A DNA stretch of 64,000 nucleotides from Camelus ferus (lineage: Eukaryota): NCBI RefSeq assembly GCF_009834535.1, contig NC_045697.1:29266001-29330000 (forward strand). The letters are read 5' to 3'. The translations under genes and the position numbers were made by a program. Below, one piece after another: positions 25,001 to 38,873 of this stretch. Positions within the stretch are counted from its first letter, which is position 1, and each line of letters starts with the position of its first letter. Below the pieces are notes generated by a model. It made no database searches. It saw only the letters and a list, made by a program, of their open reading frames with translations, and had not been told where the DNA came from.

Positions 25001-25719
25001 ACAAGGCTGTATGCAGGTTGATTTACACCCACGTTTCAAGATTCCTTTTCTTACTAATTATTGTATGCCCTCCTCACCTCAACCTCTGCTCTAGCTTCTC
25101 TTTACAAATCTTTGAGAATATATTTCTTAGGTTTTTAGAGTTCTCTTATTTAGAAAATTTGCCATTGGACTAACTTAATCTTGTAAAACTGTGCTAGTTT
25201 GATAATAATAGGCAATATAAGAATTCTGGAATTTATTACAATTCACAGAAATCAAGTCACAGACTCACCAAGAGAAAGTTTTGTTGGAAAAGTCTCAGGC
25301 AGTACTGTTTGGGTAATGGTTATGAATTTTATGGTGGAAGTGGAGGTTAAAGGTTCTGAAAACACAGCAGAAAAAGGCTACTATTCTTAGCAAGAGGGAC
25401 AATAAAGAACTTACAGGGAAGCTGCAGATTAAAGGAATAGAAAATATCTGCCATAGAAAGGACAGCAATCCTTCCAGAAAAGTGACTGCAGATGTTCAAG
25501 GCTATTAATACCACAATTTGTAAAAGAAAGTGCATCCATAGAATACTAATTAGACATATATTCCTGAGGCATTTTATCTATTCATGGTTCATTTTATCAA
25601 AAATATTGTCTTTATAAAGTATCTCACATAGTTCAAATGTCAAAAATAGCTATCACCTCTACTTATTCTGTTACCCTACCACTTAATGTGACAACCGTAT
25701 TACTGAATAACTCTTACTG

Positions 25720-26150
25720 AGTGCATCAGAGTAGATTCATAGAGGAGGTGATATTTGAGCTGTCTTTAAGGATGATAAGCAGTTTGCTTGGTGGGCAAGA
25801 GAAGGAAGGGTTCTCTGGGCAGAAGGAACAGCATTTGCAATGGTATAAATGTAAGAAGAGCAAGAAAAGAATGGGTTGCCTGATGTGGCCAGATCCTAGG
25901 GACCTTTGGGAGATTAGTGGGGAATGAGGCTGGAGTGGCAGGCAGGGTCCAGGCCATGGAAGGTCTGGACCCCTGCTGGAGAATTTAGAAGCTTTATCAA
26001 AGTCAGGAGAGACCGAAGGATTTCAAGTAAGGGGGATAATCAGATTAGCATTTTAGGAAGATCACTCTAGTGGCAGTGGAGTGGATGGAGTAAATGGGGC
26101 AGGGTCAGACACCAGTGGTTAGAAGGTTAGTACAAGGGTTCCAGCAAGAA
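25720..26150 (-). mobile_element. L2 fragment
   Basis: 'agaggaggtgatatttgagctg...ttttaggaagatcactct'. Confidence 0.8.
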
Positions 26151-26242
26151 TGAGCATTACTAACATATATTGAGTGCTAACCATGTACTAAGCCCTTGAC
26201 ATAAATTATCTTGTTTAATCCTCACGATGACTCTATAAGGGA

Positions 26243-26617
26243 GTATATTAGTCAGGACAGGTTAGGTTATGCTGTGACAAGAAACAGTTACAAAATCTCA
26301 GTGACTTAAAACCACCAAAATTATTCTTTGCTATTACCACATGTCCCATGCAGGTTGGCCGGGGAGCAATGCTCCTCATAGTCACATAGGAATCCAGAAT
26401 AATGGAGACTTCATCTCAATACATACCTCACAGCAGTGAGGGGATTGTCTTTCCAGCAACAGGAAGGGAGTGTGGTTCACTGTGTATATGCTCTCAAAGT
26501 TGCTGCCCAAGAGTCACATGGCCCCAGCCAACTCCAGGGGGGCAGAGCAGTGCAATCCTACCATGAACCCAAAAGGGGAACCAGAAATACTTAGACACCA
26601 GCACTAATTACTACCAC
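26243..26617 (-). mobile_element. MaLR MLT1I-like solo LTR
   Basis: 'tattagtcaggacaggttaggttatgctg...cagcactaattactaccaca'. Confidence 0.85.
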
Positions 26618-26619
26618 AT

Positions 26620-26955
26620 CCTGTTCTGAACATAAAGTAAAACTGCACATTTCTGACCTGCTTCTGAAGTTGGATGGGGCTGTGTGACCTAATTCAGCCA
26701 AAGAGATGGAGGAAGCTTTGAGAACTAGAACTAGAAACTAAAAACTAGAACAAAATTTATCAGGCTCTTTATTTCCCTCTGTCATGGCATCTGGCAATAT
26801 TCCACGCAGTGGCTGCTCCTTTAGCCTGGGTTAAGGAGCAAGAACAGACAGCAGAGCCCCCATTGAATTCCAGCGGGCCTGCAGTGTGAGTTGCAGTTGT
26901 AGGTCACTGAGATTTGAAGGATGTTTGTAACTGTGGCATAATCCAAGCTATCTTC
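26620..26955 (+). mobile_element. MaLR MLT1I/J-like LTR, head-to-head with the previous LTR
   Basis: 'aactgcacatttc...gaagttggatggggctgtgtgac...cactgagatttgaaggatgtttgtaactgtggcataa'. Confidence 0.75.
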
Positions 26956-26989
26956 CCAAGCCCTCTGCCTCAACATGCTCAGCCTTCAC

Positions 26990-27860
26990 ACTGTTTCCCC
27001 TGTGCTCTTGTCAAGGTTTGCATAAGGTATTGTTAGGGCAGTTCTAGTGCAGGTCTTCCTCTAGGGCAGTGGTTCTCGAAGGTCAGCATGCATCAGAATC
27101 ATCCGAAGAATTTGTTAAAAGCACAAATTTCTGAGCTCCATCCTTCAAGTCCCTGATTGAGACTCAAATGGGACTTTAGAATTTGCATTTCCAATTGTAC
27201 ATCTAACCAGTTTCCAGGTGATGCTAATGCTACTGGCCTGGGGACAACTATCTGAGAACTATCTGCTTTAGAACATGGTCCTTACTTTTAAGATGTGTTC
27301 TTTCTGGTGTCCCAGCTGGATGCCTGAGGTGTTATTAACAAAGTGTTAATGTGGCTTTTCACTCAGGCTGAGCCAAAACTCCAATGACCCCCATCATAGC
27401 TTGAACTCTAATATCCCTGCTCAGCTTTCAACCCCACAGGAGCTGGTATCTGGTAATCCTTGGATAGTCTTACCTTACACATGTGCAAACCAGCTTTTAG
27501 CCAAGCACCCACAGGGGATCCACACAAGATTTTTGGAGCCCTCCCTCTGCAAACTCCCTCCTCTCAGTGTCCTAACTTGTACATTATAGCTGCTCAGCTG
27601 CCATAAACTCCAATCTCTGCCTGCTCAGCTCAATTGGTTTCCTAGCTCACTCCTTCTTGGTTGGACATAGCCCCCAGATAATGAGCCAGAGTGATTATTG
27701 TGGACCTCACCTCTTGAATTTCTCTTCTCTTAGGGATCACAGACTTGTGCTGCCTGAAATAGTTGACTCAAATATTTTGCTTTGTTTAGTGATTTTTAAA
27801 AAATGGTAGGTTGGCTAGTCTGGTATCAGTTTCTATTCCATCATAGCCAGGGGTGGATGT
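26990..27860 (-). mobile_element. Ancient L1ME-type 5' region interrupted by MER5A
   Basis: 'ctcttagggatcacag...tgtgctgcctg...gctagtctggtatcagtt...ccatcatagccag'. Confidence 0.6.
27067..27265 (+). mobile_element. MER5A (hAT-Charlie)
   Basis: 'cagtggttctc...catgcatcagaatca...atttgcatttc...ccaggtgatgctaatgc...tgagaact'. Confidence 0.9.
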
Positions 27861-29119
27861 CCTGGTTTTAGACATTTTTAATTTAAGGAGCCTTGGACTA
27901 TCCAGATGGAGATACTCTTCAATGAAAAGGTAGCCTAGAGATAAAGGTTTGTAAGGCATCAGTGTATAGATAGTAATTGAGACCAAGGGCATGAGTCATA
28001 CGGAGGTTATTCAAAATGAGAAGAGTAGAGGATCAAAGAGAGAACCTTGGGGGAACTGCTGATTTTTCATGGATGAGTAAAAGAAGAAGGTTGGCAAACG
28101 AGGACTAAGAAGAAGTGGGCTAACAGGCAGAAAAAGAGCCACTGTCCCAAAAGTCAATGGAGAAGTTTTTTTTTTTTAATATTTTGAATTCTTACTATGT
28201 CTCCCCACTGTGCTAAGAAAATTTTTTTAAAAAATATTTCCAGCAACCCAATAATATAGAACTACTATGAATCCCATTTATAGATGAAGATCAGGACAAA
28301 GTTGAAACTGACCAGCCAAGTAACTTGCACAAGGTCATGCAGCTGGTAAGTGGGAGAGCCTGGACTAGAATCCAGGCATTCTGGTTGCAATACTTGAAAA
28401 AAGCCACAATGTCCTGCCTCACTCCAAAATGAGAGAGGATGAGAACTGTGAGAGGGCTGTCCAGGAAGCTGAGGACTGAAAAGTGCCTATTGGATTAGGC
28501 ATTGGTGAGCTCAGCAAGAACTCACTGATATAAACAGTAGGTGCTAATTAACTGCTCAACATTATCTGTTCCTGGGTTTAGCTCTTCTTTTGAACAGCAG
28601 AGTTCCAAACCCATGGCACCTCTCAGCCTCTGCCTGCACTGTTCAGGTCTACTCAGAAAGAGGAGGCTTACTCCCTGACTGCATTCAGGGAAGACCAGAC
28701 CTACCACTCCGGCTCCCAAGGGGGTGTAGAGAATTGTGGGGTGCCCATTAGTAACCCAGCAACTGTGTCCAGGTGTAGGTTTATGTGCATTTGAACATAT
28801 CATCAACTCAATTACCTGTGTTCAGATTAGCCTCAGCAAATCTTTAAGCTCTCACAGCTGTCTTCAGGTGTTCAGGGGATTATTATGAGGAGATGTTGAT
28901 CAGCTGTTTGCCATGTCTCCTGTGGGCAGAACAAAAGAAAAGAGGTTTAAATATCAGTGAGGGATGTAGATGCAAGTGAGAACTCTGTGAGGCAGGGAGG
29001 TCCCATGGACTTAAGCAAGTTTCCAGGCTTTCTCCTTTAGTTAGCCCTAAATATCCCCTTTCCCACCATATCACCCTTATTTGTTTTATAATAAACAAGA
29101 CAAAAACAACAATAACAAT

Positions 29120-29350
29120 AATAGCAAATGCTTATATAGTTCTTACTTTCTGCCAGGCAGTGTTAGGTTTTCTACTCAGATTCACTCATTCAGGACTAAC
29201 AACACAATGAGATAAATACTACTGCCATCCCCATTTTATAGATAAGAAAACTGAGACACAGAGATGGTGAATAACTTGCCAAAGGTCACACAACCAACAA
29301 ACAATAGAGCCAACATTTGAAGGCTCCTGCAAAAGTTGATCCTCCTAACC
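29120..29350 (-). mobile_element. MIR
   Basis: 'ccccattttatagataagaaaactgagacacagag...acttgccaaaggtcacac'. Confidence 0.9.
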
Positions 29351-29449
29351 ACACTTTGCACTGCTAATTTGTAGATACTGCACTGGAACAGAATTCAAGA
29401 AGCAGAGCATGGAGAGATGTTACCAAAGTGGCATGGATTACGAGATGCC

Positions 29450-30160
29450 AGCTTCTGTGGGGTTGCAAAATGCCCCTCCACAAACCGTGCCTCCCTGAAT
29501 TCACGCCCACAGGCAGGCCCCTTCCACATTGAATCTGTGCCTGCATAATGGCTTGCGTACAGGGGAAGCAACTTTCTGGGACTTCAAGCCCTTAAGAGAT
29601 CTGGAGCTTCTGCTTTCTGTCTCAGAGCCCAACTGCCTTGTAAAGAAGTCCTGGCTGTCCAGCTGTAGAGAGAGGCCACATGTAGAGAGAAGGCTTGGAG
29701 GTTGAGAGCCATGTGGAGAACAGAGGCACCTCAGCTAAGAGCCAGCATCAAAGTGGTCAGTGAAGCCATTGAACTGTCCCAGGAGACACCACAGAGGGCA
29801 AAGACGAGCCAAACCTGCTGAGCATTGCCCCAAATCCTGACTTTAAAAGGGTTGTGGTTTTACGTCACTAAGTGTTTCTTTACTATTGTGAAATATGCAT
29901 AACAGAAAATTTACCATTTTAACCATTTTTAAGAGTACAGAGTTCTGTGGCATTAAGTACATTAACACTGTTGTGCAACCATCACCACCATCCATCTCCA
30001 GAACTTTTCATAATCTCAAACTGAGACTCTGTCCACATTAAACACTAACTCTCCATTCCTCCTTCTTCCCAGCCCCTGATAACCACTGTTCTACTTTCTT
30101 TCTCTTTGAATTTAAGTCAGTAAGTTTAAGGCAGTTTGTTAGGTAGCAACATATAACTTT
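29450..30160 (+). mobile_element. MaLR MLT1 (F/G/H-like) LTR split near its 3' end by an L1
   Basis: 'agagaggccacatgtagagag...'; 3' end 'agtttgttaggtagcaacatataac'. Confidence 0.75.
29878..30112 (-). mobile_element. L1MB-like 3' tip
   Basis: 'aaaatttaccattttaaccatttttaag...ggcattaagtacatt...accatccatctccagaac'; degenerate TSD acgtcactaagt/aagtcagtaagt. Confidence 0.9.
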
Positions 30161-30811
30161 ATATAGATACTGATAGCTTTAATAATCTGCTTTTATAATA
30201 TATTAATGTATTTGTTAGTTTATCAAATACCAGAGAGTTGTAGAAGCATCAGGAACCTTCCCAGAGATTCAGTTCGCTTTGTCATTGTATATTTAATTCT
30301 AATGTGTCATGGCCTACAGTGTTACAGGTAAAATTATAATTATATCTAACATTTACTTTAAAGTTGAGAAGGAAGTTTCTCATTTAATACATTTTTCACC
30401 TTTCATAACAGCCTTGTGAGGTGGAATTCCTTTTTTCATTTTATAGATCAGGGGATTGAAGATCAAAGGGTTTAAGTGACTTGCTCAAGGTCACAGCACT
30501 GAGTAGAGCACATTGGTCTGCAACCATTTATTGATGATTCCTTTTTTGGGAAGGAAGATGAGGAGGGGACCCAAAAGACAATTCAGCCACTTGAAAGAGG
30601 ATACACAAGCTCAATCCTCAAAGAGCAACTGTTCTCCTAGGACACACCCAAGGACATGCCCACTGGAAAGTCCTTTGATCATGCTGAGTACCAACCAAGA
30701 TGGCTCCCAATGAGATGTTTTATAGGGAATGGCTGGATCCATATTAAGAAATAAATATGCTTGGTTGTATTTTGGGCAGGAATAGCATGAGGAGGAAAGC
30801 CAGGTACATCC

Positions 30812-31043
30812 CCACTGAGTAAAGCCACAGACTCATGTCCCATTCAGTGGGTCACAAACTACATACATTTTTTAATCACTAGAGCAGAATTCATTGAAAT
30901 AGTAAGGGCGAGTATTTTTCTGTGGAATTTATTTTAGTTATATTTTATACATATACTTGCATCTTCATAGTCATGTTACGTGGGATTTGGGTCACAAAAT
31001 GAAGTGTATTTCTTACAGTGGTGAGAGGACTTGAAAACCACTG
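30812..31043 (+). mobile_element. hAT-Charlie MITE (Charlie4-like)
   Basis: 'agtgggtcaca...agtaagggcgagtatt...gtatttcttacagtgg...ttgaaaaccactg'. Confidence 0.6.
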
Positions 31044-33940
31044 CCCTACCCAACTTCTCTCCTGGCCACAGCCTTCCTCAAAGCGCAGAAGTATTCTACA
31101 GTCTTTGGGGCAGTATGGCCTGTCTATCTGTACTGGCTTTGGGCAAACAGTAGAAAAGACAGATTTTACCATGAGGACAATACTCTAGAAATCAGTACAA
31201 AACAACTGAAAATGTTGCATGTAAAGTTTTGCCCATGTGCCCAAAGTGATTTAATAACCCAGAGACATGGTGACACGATGCTGAGAGCACTGGGTTAGAC
31301 ATAGGGAGTCTGAGGTTTCTCTCTCACTTCTCTATCAAACACCTACAACTCCTTGAGATTTTTCCCTTCCCCCATCTGTAGAATACAGCGATCAGACTAA
31401 ACTGTCTTTAAGGTAAGTCTCGCACCAAGAGAAGGAATGCTGGTAAGATTTACGTTACTGCTTCCTCCTTTTCCCAAGGAGAGGTCCTGGGATAAAGAAT
31501 GCAGAGGAAGAACCAGTCTCTCTTCTTAAAAAATGTGTCCAGTTTTTTATTTGTTTATAGTTCTTACTGAGATCGATAGGGATAGACAAATAAACACCAT
31601 CTTCGAAAGACAGCTAATGTCCATTACGGGTTTGAGGCAAGGGACTTAACCTGCGCACCCCACCCAGGTCCATATGTCTATAATCATGAAACTTAAATAG
31701 TTTTATTCTCACGAATTAAATAATAAACTGTAACTGTCTATGTTCAAAGTATGATGGTGAAGTCATGGCACCTCAATCACATATAAAATTTATCCCTATA
31801 ATTAAGCCATGTATATAAGAAGGTAGTTAGAATTCCTCAGGAGTTAAAAACAGGATCATGGTGACTCTTTACCCTGGGCTGAGGAAATATGAGCTCCTTG
31901 ATGGCAAAATTTCAACCCTGGAGCCCAAGCAGAGGGAGGGAGTCGGGCCAGTGACCACTGGCAGCTCCTGGACGTTAAGAAAGAGAGGAGCACAGCAGAA
32001 GAGGGAGAGCCTGGATATTGCCAAGAGGCTTTTTTTTTTTTTTTTAAGAGTTGTAGAGCCTCAGCAATAATGGCTCTGCTCCGGCCACTATCAGCGGGGA
32101 GACAGGTGTAGAGAGCTCGGAAGAGCTCTTTCAGCCATAGATATGGTCCCCAAAGTGTCCCAGAAGCCCACGCTTCTGGCCACACTGGGCTGAATCTGGA
32201 GCATTTCCAGAAAAACTCATGGGACATGGGAACTTAGCAGGTTTGTTTGCAACTTAAGAGGAGAAGCTGGTTTTCATCAAACAGAAAACATCCTCGTCCA
32301 CTTGAATTTCAAGCAAAGTGTTGCTGTTTGGGACTGATATAAGTAAATTCATTCTCATTGGGGAACTCCACATCTTTGTTCAATTTAGAGAACGTATAAA
32401 GGAATTGTTTGAATTGCATCATTTATATTTTCTCATGGTATAGAGAAATGTGTGCGATTTGATGACTAATTTTTTTCACAGTAACTTTTTTAAGAACATA
32501 TTCAAACAAGATGCCATTTAATAGACCTGAATATTACCTAACTCTCTGGATATGATAAAAAGCACAGAAGGGCACAAATTGAAGGGGAAAGTAAGAAAAG
32601 ATTTATTAAAGGGCAATGAATTATATTATTAGACCAGTGACTCCTTCCTCCCCCCAGACTAACCCAACCCCAATTTATCTCAGTAAACCAAAGGAAAGTT
32701 AATCTTAGCCTCTACTATATATTCAGTACATTCTGGCTGACCTTTTAAACTCTGTTATAAATCTGGTTGGCTTCCAGGCACATGCAATACTAGAATGGAG
32801 AAATAGTATAGATAACTATCTCATTTTTCTTTCTCTCTGAAACGTTGACAATGATTCTTTGTAAAATGTCTCAGGACATTGAAGGAAGTTACCGACATAC
32901 ATTTTGTAGAAATCTGTCAAGAGCTGATTATTGCAATTTATATAATGTGGATATTCCATTTCACAAGCTTCACGTGTTGCATGATTAAAACATGTGGAAG
33001 ACAATGGGATCCACAGGCTGCCAAACATATGAACAACCGGGATTCAAGGGGTGGTTCTGAAGAGTGAGGTTTTCAGCTCCAGAGAGGATAGAATGATGAA
33101 CTCAAGTGACACAGGCAGAACCACCAGATACACACTAGTTCCCTCCCAACCAGAGCAAACAGTAACCAGTAAAATGGGAGAAACCCAAACTTCCATTTCA
33201 TTGCTCAGAAATCCTTGCAAACGTGCCAGTTTCAGTGAGGCCCACTGGAGTTCCATGCCATGCAGATGGGACTATCACAGACACTTGAAATTCACAGATA
33301 AACTCAAGACCTTATTTCAGCGGTTTAGTTTTACTCTTTCTGTCACCAAGGAACAGCTGTAACCAAGCCTACATTGCAGGTGGGATCCCACCCTCTTCCT
33401 TACCCTAATCTTGCAGAGGAACTACTGAGTAATGAAATGCATGTATGAAGATGCCAGGGCCATGGTTCAGTCCCATGCTGGATGATAACCCTTTGGAAAC
33501 TGAACATTGGGACCTCATGTTAGGGTTACGCAGTATAGGAGGCTTGCCTAACCCTCAGAATCAACCACCCAAGGCAATTTTAGATTTTTCTCTTTGGTAA
33601 GTCTCAAGTCTTTCTAATGTGTGGGAAGAGACATATACAGCACTTAATTCTATTTGTTGTAGGGTTTTTATTTGGGATTTCACCTATGCCTACCTACTCT
33701 TTCTTCCAGAAACAGTAGACCAGTCTCACCACTTCTCTAGATTTACACTGTAACCTCATGCTTGCAAATGACTGATGAACACTAGGTTAGAGCCTCTTTC
33801 ATACTCTTCAACAAAGATGATGACATTTTCTTTCATAACATTGCACTTTGCATGTCAATCTTAATTAAACTATTTGCTTAGGTTACAATATGTGGAGTAT
33901 ATTTTTAAAGCATTCTGGATACACACTTATTTAAAATAAG

Positions 33941-33993
33941 CATATATATACACATATACATGTATACACACACACACATACACACATATATAT
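33941..33993. repeat. (CA/TA)n compound microsatellite
   Basis: Alternating purine-pyrimidine tract. Confidence 0.9.
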
Positions 33994-35227
33994 GCAGTGA
34001 AAGCAATCATTCATTAAAAAGTAAATTCCTTTTGAGAGCTATAATTTCAACTAGTCACCATGACTATGTGAATCCATCTTTTTTTTTTTTTTTGGTTAAG
34101 AGAACTTAATAACTAAAAGCAGTTTGTCTATGCCGTAAAAATGCATCTGTAATTGAATATCTCTCTACAGACAAGTGGTAGTGGTTTCCATGGAAATGCA
34201 AAGTCCAAAAATGCATCAAGATTCCTTTCCTCACCTCTGTTGAACTATTCTTTCATTACTGGATGAAGAGAGATCACACTTTCATTTTGTCAGGCATTTG
34301 AGTGATGCCACCAATATGTTTCTGTTCACAAAAATCTCTGTGTATGAAGAGTATTGTATAGTTCACCAAATGTGCACCCATTATTGTCTCATGATCCCTA
34401 AAACATCCCTGAGAGGTCGGGCAGAGCAGGAATAGTTATTCCTATTGACAGATGGGAACCTATAGCCAGCAGAGTTTTAGTTACTCGCCCAAGGCTACGG
34501 GACACACCAAGTCACAAGTTGGAATTGAAATTCAGATTTCTGAGTCCTAATTTAGGTTCTTTTCTCTACTTTGTACTTCCATGAAATACAATTTTTAAAA
34601 AATTACTGGTGCTTTTGAGACAGACTAAAAATCCCATTTGTTTGGTTCCTCCTCTAAAATCTAAAGCCAACAAATAGCCCATCAGGTGAGTTCAACACAT
34701 GTAGCACATCTGTGTTACAACCAGCTTAGAAGCACTCTTTCATAAGACTGGAGGTCTATGCATTGCATGGCCAGTATGGATTCTAGGCGGGGTATGGGAA
34801 ACATTTTATGGTCTGGCAGCAGCTGCCCTGTGTGTGTCCTTGGAGGAGTTCCAAAACTCTACAATTGGGCTGCAGTCACCAAAGGCTCCCCCTAATCCAG
34901 CCCTCATGGCTCCCAGCCATCTTGATCTGCTCCCTCATCCTCTGGTAAAGCACAAGAGTCGGCGAGAAGGTAGTTGGCACTGGAAAGGGTTGGTCCTGGG
35001 TGAAGGGTTGGCATAGTTCCTTGTAGATAACTGAGCTGGAGAAAGAAGTAGAAGATGGGAAAGATTGGCCACAATTCTTGGAACTTTCCACAAGGTAGGG
35101 GAGTCGGGAAGGCAGTCATGGCAGGAAGTTTCTATACAAACTAGCAGAACATGACATGCTGGTTGTGGTTCTCCAAACTACAGTCAGTGAGCTGGGGAAG
35201 AAGTTGGAGAGGTCATCAAATCTATCC

Positions 35228-35815
35228 CTCATTCATTCATTCATCTGTTCACTTGACAAATGATTATTGTATACCTACACTGCTGAAGATATGGGACACA
35301 AATCAAAGTCCCTGCCCTTACAGAGCTTACATTTTAGTGGGGAGAGGAACAGCAAGCAAGTAAATAAATAGTACATTAGCTGTGGAGAACAGGATAAGAA
35401 GAAATGGACTCTTGGGAGGCAGGAAGTACTGTCTTACATATGGGGTTAGGGCTGATAAGGTGCAGCCTACTGATAAGGACATTAAACAGAGATTTGAAGA
35501 AATGAGGGAAGAAGCCATGGGGATATCTGATGGGAAGAAAATTCCAGGCAGAAAGGACAGCAAGGACAAAGTCTGTGCTATGGAGAGGGCTTGACATGTT
35601 TAAGGAACAGCTAGGAGACCAGTGGAGTTGGAGTGGCATGAGGGGAAAAAATTATAGGACATGAGGTCAGAGAGATTGTGGGGCTCAGATCACATAGGGC
35701 CCTATAGGGCAGTATTAGGCCTGAGTGAGATGAGGGTCCACTGGAGGGTTTTGAGCAAGGAAATGATAGGATCTGACTTTTTAAAGTATCCTTCTGGCTG
35801 CTGTGTTGGAAAACA
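35228..35815 (-). mobile_element. L2a-like 3' region
   Basis: 'tcattcattcattc...attccaggcaga...gaggtcagagag...ggagggttttgagc...ctggctgctgtgttgga'. Confidence 0.9.
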
Positions 35816-35889
35816 TCTTGTGGCTGTGCCATGAAACAAGGTAAAGATGTACTTTATTCTTGAAAGACCTTGTGTATTACTCAATTGCC

Positions 35890-36300
35890 CTCATATTTCC
35901 CAGATTGGTTCCCATGCTTCTCCTTAGACAGGCGTCCATCCATTTGTTTTCTTTCCAATCAGCAGAATCTTTAAAATAGTCTGATCTTGTCATCATCTCT
36001 TTTCAACCCCCAACTTAAAAGTTTTCAAATGGCTTTTACTTGCTCATTGGAGAAAGTTCAAACTCCATCCTCTGGCCTAAAAGTTTCTGTAAGATTTAGC
36101 CCTTGTTCACCTCCCTCCTTTTGTACTCCCCTCCATCTGTCTGTCTCTACTCCAGCCACATTGCATTTATTTCAGTCCTTTCTAGCACAAGGCTTTCTCC
36201 CAGGTCATTTCTACTTCCTGACATGTTCTCTCCTGTGTCTGTTTGGCTCATCCTTGCACACCCTGAGTCTAAGGGTTCTAGAAATTTGTTGAATTAGATA
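35890..36300 (+). mobile_element. L2 3' region, degraded
   Basis: 'aaagttcaaactcc...tactccagccaca...aaatttgttgaatt'. Confidence 0.65.
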
Positions 36301-36730
36301 ACTCATCAATCAAACCTGGCACATAAAATGAAGTTATCAGTGAATCCACTGTTTGGAGTTATTTCTGTCTTGGAAGAAAGCTTAGATTTCACCAATCCTG
36401 AAATTCCATTCGGTATTATTTAAAATTTTGTGAATATATTTTGAAGTAAATATATGTGATAGTAATAAATTACATGATTATATTTTAGAATGCCTTTCCT
36501 AGATGTTACCATTCTAATTCACCTTCCCTCATCATTGCAGTATGATCAATTACATGAAAAATCTTGTTAAATAAAGGCTGTTTGTCACAAAGTTTAACGT
36601 GACTCTTTACCTATTACAGATTTCCCCATTTTGGTATCTTATTAGCAGTCTGAAAGACTTACTCTTCCTGTATTACCAGAGCTATATTATTTTGTTTAAT
36701 TCTTTGTTGATATCTTTTAAAATTCTGGAG

Positions 36731-36899
36731 TCATGCTGTTTAATATGGTACTCCAGCCACATATGTGACTTTAAATTTTAAGTTACTTGAAATTAAAAAA
36801 AAAAAAAAAATCCATTCCTCAGTTCACATGTGGCTAGTGGCTACCACAGTAGGTACTGAACATTTTTATCATTACAGAAAGTTCTGTTGGACACTGTTG
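36731..36899. mobile_element. MER3 (hAT-Charlie)
   Basis: 'cacatgtggctagtggctacc...acagaaagttctgttggaca'; TSD ttctggag/ttctagag. Confidence 0.88.
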
Positions 36900-37484
36900 T
36901 TCTAGAGCCTACCCTTCACATCTCATAGTGTTTTGATACAGCTTCCATTTCTAAGGAGATATCCGTAGCAGGGTGGCAATAATTATATCAAATGCCTTAC
37001 TTTCAGGGTTTACTTTGTGCCAAGCAGTGTGATAAGAGAGTACCATAAATAATAGATAAACATGTGTATATATATGTTTCTCTCTCTCTCTCTTATGTAT
37101 TCCTTATTGGATTAAACCATGAGTCAGCTCAGGAAGGTTACTTTTCAATATCACTGTAATAAATCAGAAATGTAATGCCCATTAACTCAGGTTTCCATAT
37201 TCAAATTCTTAATCAACAGGCAAAATGTAAATTGGTCCCAACCCCATCAGATTTTAGGGACTTCTAATGAAAATAAAAGACAATTCTTGTAATTATGGAT
37301 CTATGTCTTTTCAGAATTTGGAGCACTCACAATTTCAGGTACCACAGAGCACAAACTCTGAGGGCTAGAGAGCCAGGGGACATTCAAAACTGGAACCAAA
37401 CAATGCATGGTTATAGCATTGCTTACTGAGGAAGATCAATTTATCCTTTGTCATCCAAGCTATAAAACTGCTTTAGAAAATTAT

Positions 37485-38025
37485 ATACATATATATCTGG
37501 AGGAAATTCTAATTCAAAAGGATACATGTACCCCAATGTTCATAGCAGTACTATTTACAATAGCCAAAACATGAAAGCAACCTAAATGTCCATCAAAAGA
37601 TGATTGAGTAAAGAAGTTGTGGTATATTTACATAATGGAATACTATTCAGCCATAAAAAATAAAATAATGCCATTGTAGCAACATGGATGGACCTGGAGA
37701 TAGACATACTAAGAGAAATAAGCCAGAAAGAGAAAGAAAAATACCATATTATATCACTTATATGTGGAATCTAAAAGAACGACACAAATGAACTTATTTA
37801 CAAAACAGAAATAGACTCACAGACATAGAAAACAAACTTATGGTTGCCAAGGGAAAGGAGAGAGTGAAGGGATAAAGTGGAAGTTCAGGATTTGCAGATA
37901 CTAACTAACAAATATAAAATAGATAAACAACAAGGTCCTACTGTATAGCACAGAGAACTATATTCAATACCTTGTAATAGCCTATAATGAAAAAATATGA
38001 AAAGGAATATATATGTATAAAAAAT
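37485..38025 (+). mobile_element. Young L1 3' region
   Basis: 'ccccaatgttcatagcag...ggacctggag...caaggtcctactgtatagcacag'. Confidence 0.93.
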
Positions 38026-38873
38026 TACATACAAAACACATGTGTATGAGCACACAGACACACAAACAAAGACAAGATAGGAAATGTTTTGCAAGTATAG
38101 AAAGAAGAAAAAAAGACCTTTAAAGTGTATTTTGAATGATATTTAATAAATATACCCATGTAAATTAGCATAATCCTTGATGGCAGACATAGTTGTCAGT
38201 GATGGAAAAAGCTGCAAAGTGAAAGGTGATTCCAAATCCCTTAATGTAAGAAATCCCTTATTTTGAACATCAAAAAATGGGGCAATTTATTTTTGTCAGT
38301 AGGAAATTAGTTTCTTTTCACTCCCATTAACAATTAGTAAATAAATAAAGAATGTTGGCTTGAAGTGAAGGCACCAAATTAATACCTGTGGTGCCCTCAT
38401 GTCTAGTCTGGCCCTAGAGCTAAATGTGGTTATTGCCACTTTACAGATGGGAAAACTGAGGTTGAAAGATGTTAACTACCATATTTCTTGGGTAATAAGT
38501 GGTGGGACCAAAACTAAAACCTCGGTCTCACCCACTCAAGAATTTCATTCTGACTACCTATCAGGCGGAATTAACTCTGACTGATCTTTCTTTGATTTTT
38601 ATGGTTAAATTCTGAATAAAACCAGAATATTAAAACATCAGTTTAAGAAAAAAACTGAAAGATTACTTGGAGGAAGCAGCCAGGACATTTTTGATGCAAA
38701 AGCAGCTTAGCTTTTCATTCAGAATATTCTTTTATCTTACCAAATTCATTTTAAAGATTATCCTTCAATCCACTTAGAAATATCTAAAATTGTTTTTATT
38801 TATTGAAAAGCCTACCTATATTTTCATTTCATATAGTTTAATAAAATTCTTTCATCCATTACACAGCCTAAAG

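Noticed and set aside
31381..31418. Plus-strand mini-exon with good acceptor and AAG|GTAAGT donor
   Set aside because: Lies in a MIR remnant and has no supported partner exons
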